DNA from: Aggregatilineales bacterium
Lineage (GTDB): Bacteria; Chloroflexota; Anaerolineae; Aggregatilineales; Phototrophicaceae
NCBI GenBank assembly: GCA_963667305.2
Contig: CAXXWG010000008.1
Span: 165,913 to 229,912, forward strand
DNA length: 64,000 nt
Reading direction: 5' to 3'
The notes beneath the pieces were generated by a model. It saw only the letters and a program-made list of their open reading frames with translations, made no database searches and was not told where the DNA came from. Both the position numbers and the translations under genes were made by a program. Of the stretch, positions 22,388 to 30,106 are shown one piece after another; the first letter of the stretch is position 1; each line of letters opens with the position of its first letter.

Positions 22388-23466
22388 CGCAAACGGATTC
22401 GCGGGTCGATGAGCGCGTAGAGCATGTCAGAGAGCAAATAGCCGAGGATCGTGGCAATGGCGGCGAACATGACGACGGCCATCACGGTCGGATAGTCCTT
22501 CTGGGTGATCGAGCTCACAACCAGGCGGCCGACGCCCGGCCAGGAAAACACCTGCTCTGTAATGGCGGCGCCGCTGAGCACACCGGTGACTGTGGGTCCC
22601 AGTAGCGTGGCAATGGGGATCAATGCGTTGCGCAGGCCATGACGGAACCAGACCATGCGACCGGAGAGTCCCTTGGCGCGCGCGGTGCGAATGTAGTCCT
22701 GGCCACTGACATCCAGCAGGGAAGCGCGCATGAAACGTGAGTAGGCGGCGACCCCTCCGACAGCGATGACAAAGGTGGGCAGGAACAGGTACTCCAGTCT
22801 TTCATAAAAAGGCGGGCAGCCGCCCACGAGCACGATGCCACAGCGATTGCCCATTGGTAGCAGGCCCAGGCCGGTCCCACCGAAAACCAGCAGCAACAGC
22901 AATCCCAGCCAAAAGCTGGGCAAGGCGTTGAAAACGACAGCCATAACCCGCGTAAAATTATCGAAGTAACCGCCACGATTCACTGCAGCCAGCACACCCA
23001 CCGGAATTCCGATGGTCAAACCGACCACCAGCGAGGCAATACCCAGTTCAAAGGTCGCGCCCAGGCGTTCAAAAATGACATCAACCACGTGACGCTTCCC
23101 GTGAAAAAAGGAGCTGCCGAAGTCACCACGCAGTATGCCGCGACGTCTTCCGGGCGGCTCTGGTTCACCGTCGCCATCGGCATCGAGCGGGATGAGGTAG
23201 GCGGTGTCGGAGATGCCGTCGCCGTCGCTGTCGAAGCGCATCCAGTCGTCGCCGAGAAGCCAGCGCAGGTACTGGACGGGGTAAGGATCGTTGACACCAA
23301 GTTGGGCGGCCAGGGCGGCCCGCTCCTGGGGCGTAACCGTGGGGCTAAAAGTGAGCGCTGCCACCGGCCCGCCAGGCGTGGCCAGCATAATGGCGTAGAC
23401 AAGCAGGCTGATGCCAAAGAGGGTCGGTATTGCCTGGAGAATGCGACGAACAACAAATTTCGTCAA
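22384..23466 (-). CDS. peptide/nickel-type ABC transporter permease (DppB/OppB-like) with Asp-rich loop insertion
   Basis: N-terminus FVVRRILQAIPTLFGISLLVY and EAA loop YIRTARAKGLSGRMVWFRHGLRNALIP. TTG start at 23466. Contains an inserted DSDGDGISD...DADGDGEPEPP segment. Confidence 0.88.
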   Translation of the reverse strand: MTKFVVRRILQAIPTLFGISLLVYAIMLATPGGPVAALTFSPTVTPQERAALAAQLGVNDPYPVQYLRWLLGDDWMRFDSDGDGISDTAYLIPLDADGDGEPEPPGRRRGILRGDFGSSFFHGKRHVVDVIFERLGATFELGIASLVVGLTIGIPVGVLAAVNRGGYFDNFTRVMAVVFNALPSFWLGLLLLLVFGGTGLGLLPMGNRCGIVLVGGCPPFYERLEYLFLPTFVIAVGGVAAYSRFMRASLLDVSGQDYIRTARAKGLSGRMVWFRHGLRNALIPIATLLGPTVTGVLSGAAITEQVFSWPGVGRLVVSSITQKDYPTVMAVVMFAAIATILGYLLSDMLYALIDPRIRLR

Positions 23467-23493
23467 GAGCGCACGGCCCCTTTACCGAACCTG

Positions 23494-23521
23494 CACATCC
23501 CCTCCATCTGGAGGGGATGTG
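23494..23521 (-). other. intercistronic stem-loop between SBP and permease genes
   Basis: Perfect 12-bp inverted repeat CACATCCCCTCC / GGAGGGGATGTG with a 4-nt loop. Lies 21 nt after the SBP stop codon. Confidence 0.5.
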
Positions 23522-23541
23522 ACAAATCGGTCCGACTCAGT

Positions 23542-25263
23542 TTACTGGGCGATCGACCAGGTGTCGACGTTCCAGAGCATCTGTGACGGGAAGGGGTCGA
23601 AGCCGTTGACTTCGCTGCCCGCGGCATAGAAACCGTTGCGGACGAACATGAAGATGTAGGGCGTGTCCGCCTGGATGATGCGCTGCGCCTCGGCGTAAAG
23701 CGCCTTGCGCTCGTCAATGCTGCAGCCCGGCAGAATGCGGGCCTGCTCGTTGATGGCCGTGAATTCCGGGTTGTCGTAGGACATGCAGTTGCTGCAGCCA
23801 CCAACGACGTCGCTGGCCGGGGTGAACAATTGCGTCGCGTCCGGGCGGTCCGGATAACCGTTGCGCCAACCGATCACGTAGGCATCGAGCGTCTGCGATA
23901 AGAGCGCTTCGCGATAGCTGCCCCACTCCAGAGTCTGGATGTCGGCCTTCACGCCAATCTTGTCCCAGGATTCCTGGGCGATGGTGATGATGGCGGTGCG
24001 GCGCGCGTTTTCCTCATTGGTGTTGAGCACAAAACGCATCTCGGTGCCGTCTTCAGCCGTGGCGCAACCCTGGCAAACGCGTACGCTGCTCGGGTCATCC
24101 GGGTCCGAGTTGACCCAGCCGGCGTCGGTCAGCATCTGGGCGGCGAGCGCAGGATCACTGGGAATCGGCTCGATAGTAGGGTCAAAGGCCCAGCTGGCGG
24201 GAACCAGATGGGAGGCCATGCGCGTACCTTCACCGAAGGTGGCGCGCTCGATGATGTCGTCGACGTCCAGCGCCAGGTTCAGCGCGCGGCGCACGTCGCG
24301 ACCCACCTCGGTGCTACCGAAGACTGGGTGCATACCCTGGTCGATCGCGTTGCCGTCTTCATCGGTGGCATTTTGCGGGTTGGCCGGGTCGGCCAGATTG
24401 AAGGCCAGGTAGTCCCAGGAGTTGCCAGGGTAGGTGTAGATTTGTACCCTGCCTTCTTCCTCGGCGGCGTAAATTTCGGCGCGGCGCGCTTCCTGCGGGC
24501 CGGAAATGATGCTGAGTTCACCGGCGAGGAAGCGTTCGACCATCACCGTCAGGTCGGGCACGTTGAGCAACACGAAAGCGTCGTTGTTGACGAAGCCCAT
24601 TTCGGCATCGACGTAATCCGGATTGGCCAGCAGGGAAATGGACTCGGCAGGCCGCACCTCGCCAAAGGTATAGGGACCGGAACTCACGTAGAGATTCTGG
24701 TTGAATTCCTGGTCGGGCATGGTGGTCAGGTCTTCCGGCGCGATGTGCGAGGGGTAGGGCTCAAGCGAGCCGATGCTGTTGATGGCGTCACAATCGGCCT
24801 CGGCGAAGGAAACTGCGATGGTGAAATTGTCGATCTTTTCAACGTTGGCAATTTCATCGGCGACGAAACTCAGGTGGGTTGGCACTGCCCCACTCTGGAT
24901 GAAGTCCCAGACGAACATGACGTCATCGGCGTCGATCTGCTCGCCATCCGTCCAGTACATGTCCTCTCGCAGGCTGAAGGTGTAGGTCAGACCGTCTTCG
25001 GACAGTTCCCAACCGGTCGCGAGCGCGTTGGGGCCGGGACCGTTGACGATACTGGCCGTGGCGGGGTCAACGCTGAGCAGATCGGGGAAGATGAGCGCGT
25101 GGATGTCGGAGGTCACGGTCTCGTTGATGAGCAGCGGGTCGAAGGCTGTTGGGTCGGCGCCGGCGTTGCCCCGGACAACGATGCCGCCTTCCTGGGCCAT
25201 GGCCGAAAGTGAAGACATACACAATACGACTAATACAAGGGTTACTCTCAATGCAAATTTCAT
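23542..25263 (-). CDS. ABC transporter substrate-binding protein, family 5 (peptide/nickel type)
   Basis: Start set at ATG 25263 (MKFALRVTLVLVVLCMSSLSAMAQE signal peptide, AGGAGA RBS). The ORF-track N-terminal extension runs across tRNA-Pro and was discarded. Confidence 0.88.
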   Translation of the reverse strand: MKFALRVTLVLVVLCMSSLSAMAQEGGIVVRGNAGADPTAFDPLLINETVTSDIHALIFPDLLSVDPATASIVNGPGPNALATGWELSEDGLTYTFSLREDMYWTDGEQIDADDVMFVWDFIQSGAVPTHLSFVADEIANVEKIDNFTIAVSFAEADCDAINSIGSLEPYPSHIAPEDLTTMPDQEFNQNLYVSSGPYTFGEVRPAESISLLANPDYVDAEMGFVNNDAFVLLNVPDLTVMVERFLAGELSIISGPQEARRAEIYAAEEEGRVQIYTYPGNSWDYLAFNLADPANPQNATDEDGNAIDQGMHPVFGSTEVGRDVRRALNLALDVDDIIERATFGEGTRMASHLVPASWAFDPTIEPIPSDPALAAQMLTDAGWVNSDPDDPSSVRVCQGCATAEDGTEMRFVLNTNEENARRTAIITIAQESWDKIGVKADIQTLEWGSYREALLSQTLDAYVIGWRNGYPDRPDATQLFTPASDVVGGCSNCMSYDNPEFTAINEQARILPGCSIDERKALYAEAQRIIQADTPYIFMFVRNGFYAAGSEVNGFDPFPSQMLWNVDTWSIAQ

Positions 25264-25360
25264 CGCTATTCTCCTGATGGTCGCTTTCGGGTGAACCGGA
25301 CGAGGTCTTCTGTCGCCTGGACCGAAAACCACGTCGTCGGAAGGAAAAGGTCCAGGCGAG

Positions 25361-25434
25361 TCGGGGCGCCCGGATTCGAACCGGGGGCCTCTTGCACCCC
25401 ATGCAAGCGCGCTACCGGGCTGCGCCACGCCCCG
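25361..25434 (-). tRNA. tRNA-Pro (anticodon GGG)
   Basis: Hand-folded cloverleaf. Acceptor CGGGGCG/CGCCCCG, D arm GCGC..GCGC, anticodon arm CTTGC-ATGGGGT-GCAAG, T arm CCCGG-TTCGAAT-CCGGG, discriminator A. No encoded CCA. Confidence 0.92.
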
Positions 25435-25443
25435 AATGCCGCC

Positions 25444-25472
25444 AGCATACCCTTTACCAACTTGCCTTGCAA
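25444..25472 (-). promoter_or_regulatory. candidate promoter for tRNA-Pro
   Basis: On the minus strand: TTGCAA (25472-25467), 17-nt spacer, TATGCT (25449-25444). Lies 9 nt before the mature tRNA 5' end. Confidence 0.4.
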
Positions 25473-25510
25473 GCATGCAGGCAATTGACGTTTTCTGGCG
25501 AATGTACTGC

Positions 25511-25539
25511 TTGTCAGGAATGGAACTCCTTCCTATACT
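25511..25539 (+). promoter_or_regulatory. candidate promoter for selD
   Basis: TTGTCA (25511-25516), 17-nt spacer, TATACT (25534-25539). AGGAG RBS at 25553-25557 precedes ATG 25561. Confidence 0.45.
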
Positions 25540-25560
25540 TTCTTCATTGAAAAGGAGCAC

Positions 25561-26643
25561 ATGATGACACGCGACGAAGTGCGGCTTACCAGTCTGGCCG
25601 GAAGCGCCGGCTGAGCGTCGAAATGCGGTCCTGGTGACCTGGCGCACGTGTTGCAGCCGCTAAAAGAACTGTTCGCTTCAGAAAGCTATCCGGATTTGCT
25701 CGCCGGCCTGGGTGAGCCGGACGATGCCGCCGTGTGGCGGCTGGACGACGACCGCGCCCTGGTCACCACAGTGGATTTCTTCCCGCCGGTCGTCGATGAC
25801 CCCTATGACTTTGGCGCGATTGCAGCTGCCAACGCGCTCAGTGACGTTTACGCCGTGGGTGGAGAGGCCGTCCTCGCGCTCAACCTGGTGGCCTTTCCGG
25901 AATCGCTGGATGCCGACGTCCAGGCCGAGATACTGCGCGGCGGAGCGGAAAAGGTTCGCGAAGCCGGCGCCGTCATTGCCGGCGGCCACACGGTCACTGA
26001 CGACGAGCCGAAGTATGGTCTGGCCGTAACAGGGCTGGTGGCGCCACAGCAGTTGCTGACCAAGGGCGGCGCCCGGGCCGGGGACCGGCTTGTCCTGAGC
26101 AAGGCCCTTGGCACCGGACTGATCACCACGGCGCTGAAACGGGGGCAGGCGGACCCGGTTGATTTGGCGGTCGCTGTTGAAAGCATGAGCCGACTCAACA
26201 GCCAGGCTGCCAGACTTGCGCGTTCGCATGGCGTGCGCGCCATGACAGACATCACCGGCTTTGGCCTGGCGGGACACGCGCGCGAAATGCTGCGCGCCGA
26301 TAGCCTGGACTTCGCCATTGATTTCAACGCCCTGGAGTGGCTGCCCGGCGCGCGAAACTGTGCTGAAGCCGGCCTGTCACCTGGAGGAACTGCGCGCAAT
26401 CGCGAGTACTTTGCCGGGTGGACCTCGCTGTCTCCGGACCTGGGTGAAATTGAAGAATCCATGATTCATGACCCGCAGACTTCCGGCGGCCTGCTGATGG
26501 CGGTGCCTGCGGAGCGGGCGCGGGGACTCTTGCACGCCTTGCTTGAAGCAGGCGAAGCCGCCCGCCTGATTGGTAGCGTCGTGCCGGGCAGCGGGCGGGT
26601 ACGCATAAGCTCTGAACCAGGTGCCGGGAACTCTCCGGGCTGA
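25561..26643 (+). CDS. selD: selenide, water dikinase (selenophosphate synthetase) with in-frame UGA selenocysteine codon at 25612-25614
   Basis: Same frame as ORF 25648..26643 (DDAAVWRLDDD, PIVDDPYDFG-like and AIR-synthase-like domains). The upstream extension reads MMTRDEVRLTSLAGSAG-TGA-ASKCGPGDLAHVLQPL, which is the SelD Gly-rich loop with Sec at the catalytic position. Confidence 0.85.
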
Positions 26644-26679
26644 CGTGCGAGTGACCTTTCCTTCAATTCAGGTGGCCGA

Positions 26680-28809
26680 ATGAGCCCCGGCCCTGCTGCG
26701 GTCGTCCGGCCGCAGGAGCCCGGCGCGCCACAGACGGCCCTCACCAATGTCAATGGCGCCTGGGCCTACCTGCGGGCCGGCCCTGGCGACCAGTATCGCG
26801 TCATCGGTGACATTGAAGACAAGAGCATTCTTCGTTACTTCCCTCACAGCCGAACGGAGAACGACTGGGTCTGGGTGGAGCAATCCTGGCGCGCCGGCTG
26901 GCTGGCAGCGTTTGTCGTGGACTTCGAACCCATTGAGGATTGGCCCGGTCAGCCGGAGCAACTTCCAACGCCCTATGACGGACGCGTTGCGGTCTGGCAC
27001 TGGAAGGGCGGAGTCCTGCAAGACAAGAGCATCGACGAGCTGGCGCAACGTCTGAACCGCATCGCGCCGCATGTGACGGAGATATTCGTCAAGGTCTGTG
27101 ACAGCACAGAGCAAACCGGCGCTGCCTGGCAGGGCCGCTGGGACAGCAACCGGGAGCTGGCGCTGACGGGTCCGGAGAGCATTGACCGCTGGGTGAGCGC
27201 GCTGGGACGCTACGGCATGAATTTCCACGCCTGGTGCGTGGCGCGCGGTCTGGACAGCGAAGCCGAGACGGACCTCATTGTCCAGGCCTGCCAACGGCCT
27301 GGCGTGCGGTCGATGATCCTGGACGTGGAGCCCTACGCAGGTTTCTGGTCCGGCGGTCGTGAAGGCATTCGCCCTTTCATGTTGCGCATCCGGCGTCAGA
27401 TTCCGGGTAATTTTCACATCGGCATCTCGGTGGACCCGCGACGCCATCACTTTCGTCACATCTGGCCGGAGGAGTGGCGGCCCTTTGTCGACAGTGTGCA
27501 TCCGCAGGTCTACTGGGTGACCTTTGGGGTCTTGCCGGAAGTTGCGCTGAGGGAGGCCTGGGACGTCTGGCAGGATTACGGCCTGCCCATTATTCCCGTG
27601 CTGCAGGGCGATGCGGACTCCGCGGAAATCCGCGTGGCCCATACACTTGCGAAACGGCGATATGGCGCGCCTGGCACCGCACTGTGGCGCCTGGGCGTTA
27701 TTGGCGAGGCACAGTTCAGGGAAGTCGGCGAGTCAGATAGTCCGGTGGATGACACCCCGGCAAATCCCGTGGTCAGAAATGGCGCGATGGTGATGGTGCG
27801 GCCGGACGACGCCGGATTCGCCAAGGGCAGTTACCTGGGCGGAGAAGGCTTTGGCAGTTTTTCGGGGCCTTTGGGCTGGCCGGTGTGGTACCGGCCGACG
27901 CAGGCGAGCCGAAGCCTGGCGTGGGCGCACTGGACCCCGACCCTGGACCGCTCAATCACCTGCGAGGTGGCGGTGTTTGTGCCCGAGGACCATGCCTCCA
28001 CCCAAAACGCCAGCTATCAGTTGCAGGGCGTGCGCGGAGCGACCTCGCCGGTTTCCGTCGAAGTCGATCAGTCACGCTACAACAACCAGTGGGTCACGCT
28101 GGGAGTTTATGCACTGGACTCCACTGAAAGCGGCGCCGGCAGCGTATTCGTCACTGACATGACCGGCGAAGACGACCGCGAGCTCGCCATTGACGCCGTA
28201 CGCTGGCGCGAGTTGCCCGGCGGCAGCCTTAATCCTGCAAGTGGCAAGGATTCAAGCGAACTTGCGGACGGATACGACTCGCCCGTGGGGGCAGTTGGGG
28301 AACGACGCGGGTCCCGCATGTGGCCCGGCGCCTGGCAGGCCAGCGATTCATTCGGCCAACTTGCGGAGCGTCCTGGCTGCGAGGAAGGCTACTTGCCGGG
28401 AGTCAATCTCGGTCACGGCGATTCGGCTGCGCGAAATGCGATATTTGCCTGCGCCGACGGTGTCGTGACTTTCGCGGGTCACCTGCCGGGAAAGGGCCCG
28501 ACCCTGATCATCCGCCACGACCCGTTACGGGGAAGCGGCAGGGTGCTCTGCAGCCGATACATGCACATTGAAGGCATACAGGTGCAAATCGGCGATCGGG
28601 TGCGACGCGGAGAGCAGATCGCCAGCGCCGCCCGTGCCACCGGCGGTCAGGACTATCGATTGCATTTTGACCTTTGCGCGACTTCGGCGCTGGAACGCCA
28701 GCCCGGTCACTGGCCTGGCCGCAACTTTCTGTCCCTGATTCGGAATTACATCGACCCGCTGGATTTCATCGCCGGTCACCGGCCTGCCGGGTCGGGGTTA
28801 TCCGGCTAG
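26680..28809 (+). CDS. multidomain cell-wall hydrolase (SH3b-like, TIM-barrel-like module, golvesin-like module, M23 peptidase)
   Basis: 709 aa. N-terminal SH3b-like AWAYLRAGPGDQYRVIGDI...WVWV. C-terminal LytM/M23 motifs YMHIEGIQVQIGDRVRRGEQIA and LHFDL. The middle domain assignments are tentative. Confidence 0.72.
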   Translation: MSPGPAAVVRPQEPGAPQTALTNVNGAWAYLRAGPGDQYRVIGDIEDKSILRYFPHSRTENDWVWVEQSWRAGWLAAFVVDFEPIEDWPGQPEQLPTPYDGRVAVWHWKGGVLQDKSIDELAQRLNRIAPHVTEIFVKVCDSTEQTGAAWQGRWDSNRELALTGPESIDRWVSALGRYGMNFHAWCVARGLDSEAETDLIVQACQRPGVRSMILDVEPYAGFWSGGREGIRPFMLRIRRQIPGNFHIGISVDPRRHHFRHIWPEEWRPFVDSVHPQVYWVTFGVLPEVALREAWDVWQDYGLPIIPVLQGDADSAEIRVAHTLAKRRYGAPGTALWRLGVIGEAQFREVGESDSPVDDTPANPVVRNGAMVMVRPDDAGFAKGSYLGGEGFGSFSGPLGWPVWYRPTQASRSLAWAHWTPTLDRSITCEVAVFVPEDHASTQNASYQLQGVRGATSPVSVEVDQSRYNNQWVTLGVYALDSTESGAGSVFVTDMTGEDDRELAIDAVRWRELPGGSLNPASGKDSSELADGYDSPVGAVGERRGSRMWPGAWQASDSFGQLAERPGCEEGYLPGVNLGHGDSAARNAIFACADGVVTFAGHLPGKGPTLIIRHDPLRGSGRVLCSRYMHIEGIQVQIGDRVRRGEQIASAARATGGQDYRLHFDLCATSALERQPGHWPGRNFLSLIRNYIDPLDFIAGHRPAGSGLSG

Positions 28810-29120
28810 AGCAGTCCCCAGTCGTCGGCCAGCCCCTCTTCCATCATGGAGGGGTCCCACATTTCGAGGCCCATTTCGATGGTCGTTGGCAGGTTGAGGT
28901 AATCCTGGGCTGTGCGGCGCGTCTGCTCCAGCAACTGGGGGGCGTAGGGGCAAAAGGGCGTCGTCATGATCATGGTCACGTGCCCACGATCGTCGTGGAT
29001 TTCCGTGCCCCGAACGAGGCCCAGTTCGATGATGTTCATGCCGATTTCGGGGTCGATCACCTGACGCAGCGCCTGCATCAGGCCCTCTTCCCGGGTTTGG
29101 ACTTCCTGCTGTTCCGTCAT
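28806..29120 (-). CDS. DUF59 (SufT/PaaD-like) Fe-S assembly protein
   Basis: 104 aa. LRQVIDPEIGMNIIELGLV and TTPFCPYAP match the DUF59 signature. Divergent from sufC. Confidence 0.8.
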   Translation of the reverse strand: MTEQQEVQTREEGLMQALRQVIDPEIGMNIIELGLVRGTEIHDDRGHVTMIMTTPFCPYAPQLLEQTRRTAQDYLNLPTTIEMGLEMWDPSMMEEGLADDWGLL

Positions 29121-29215
29121 GGCGAGTCCCCGTTCGCGCGAGCGATAGATCTGTCAGACCGCTGATCCTACCACATGGCCGGCCACGGTGGCCAGACGAC
29201 GGCAGGTGCTGCCCG

Positions 29216-29245
29216 TTGACATTACGTCTGTCAGACTGCTATACT
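29216..29245 (+). promoter_or_regulatory. candidate promoter for the suf operon
   Basis: Consensus TTGACA (29216-29221), 18-nt spacer, TATACT (29240-29245). Lies 66 nt upstream of the sufC ATG. Confidence 0.5.
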
Positions 29246-29311
29246 GGAATTGTTCACACAGGGTTATCCTACCCGATTAACTGCTGCATAAAACAAGGGA
29301 GTGGCCACTGC

Positions 29312-30106
29312 ATGGCGCTTGAAATCCGCGATTTGCACGTTGCCGTGGAGGAGACGGAAGAAATCATTCTGCGCGGCGTGTCCCTGACGATCAAACAGGG
29401 AGAGATTCATGCCCTGATGGGCCCCAACGGCTCGGGCAAGAGCACCCTGGCCAACGTGCTGATGGGCAACCCGGCGTATGAGGTGCTGTCCGGCAGCATT
29501 CAATTTGACGGCGAGGACCTGCTGGACATGGAGCCGGACGAACGCAGTCGCGCGGGTCTCTTTCTGGCCTTTCAGTATCCGGTGTCCATTCCGGGCGTAA
29601 CGGTTGCGAACTTTTTGCGCCACGCCCTGAGTTCACGTATGAAGGCCGCGGATCCGGACAGCAAGGGCATGCCGGTGCCACAATTCATCAGGCTGTTGCG
29701 TCGCAAAATGACGGAACTGAACATGGACCAGAGCTTCGCCGGCCGCTATCTGAACGAAGGCTTCAGCGGTGGTGAAAAGAAGCGGGCCGAGATTCTGCAG
29801 CTGGCGACGCTGGAGCCGAGCGTGGCAGTCCTGGATGAGACCGATTCCGGGCTGGACATTGATGCGCTGCGCATCGTTGCCGAAGGGGTCAATCGCTTGC
29901 GGGGGCCCGAACTGGGCGTGCTGGTCATCACACATTACCAGCGCATCCTGAACTACATTCAGCCGGATTTCGTACACATCATGATGAATGGCCAGATCGT
30001 CGAAAGTGGCGACTCACAACTGGCACTCAAGCTTGAAGAGAGCGGCTATGAATGGCTGCGGACCAAATACGGTGACGCTGAAATCATGGCAGGAGAAGCG
30101 ACATGA
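29312..30106 (+). CDS. sufC: Fe-S cluster assembly ATPase SufC
   Basis: Walker [13 protein letters not shown] signature [11 protein letters not shown], Walker [12 protein letters not shown]. Start at ATG 29312 ([10 protein letters not shown]), after AAGGGAG. Confidence 0.93.
   Translation: MALEIRDLHVAVEETEEIILRGVSLTIKQGEIHALMGPNGSGKSTLANVLMGNPAYEVLSGSIQFDGEDLLDMEPDERSRAGLFLAFQYPVSIPGVTVANFLRHALSSRMKAADPDSKGMPVPQFIRLLRRKMTELNMDQSFAGRYLNEGFSGGEKKRAEILQLATLEPSVAVLDETDSGLDIDALRIVAEGVNRLRGPELGVLVITHYQRILNYIQPDFVHIMMNGQIVESGDSQLALKLEESGYEWLRTKYGDAEIMAGEAT

Noticed and set aside
25264-25647. N-terminal 128-aa extension of the family-5 SBP ORF (ORF track 23542..25647)
   Set aside because: The extension runs through tRNA-Pro (25361-25434) and the selD promoter region. 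A signal peptide with a good RBS begins at ATG 25263.
25648-26643. GTG 25648 as the selD start codon
   Set aside because: This start would delete the catalytic N-terminal loop. The upstream in-frame sequence matches that loop perfectly if TGA 25612 is read as Sec. It also has an RBS and a promoter.
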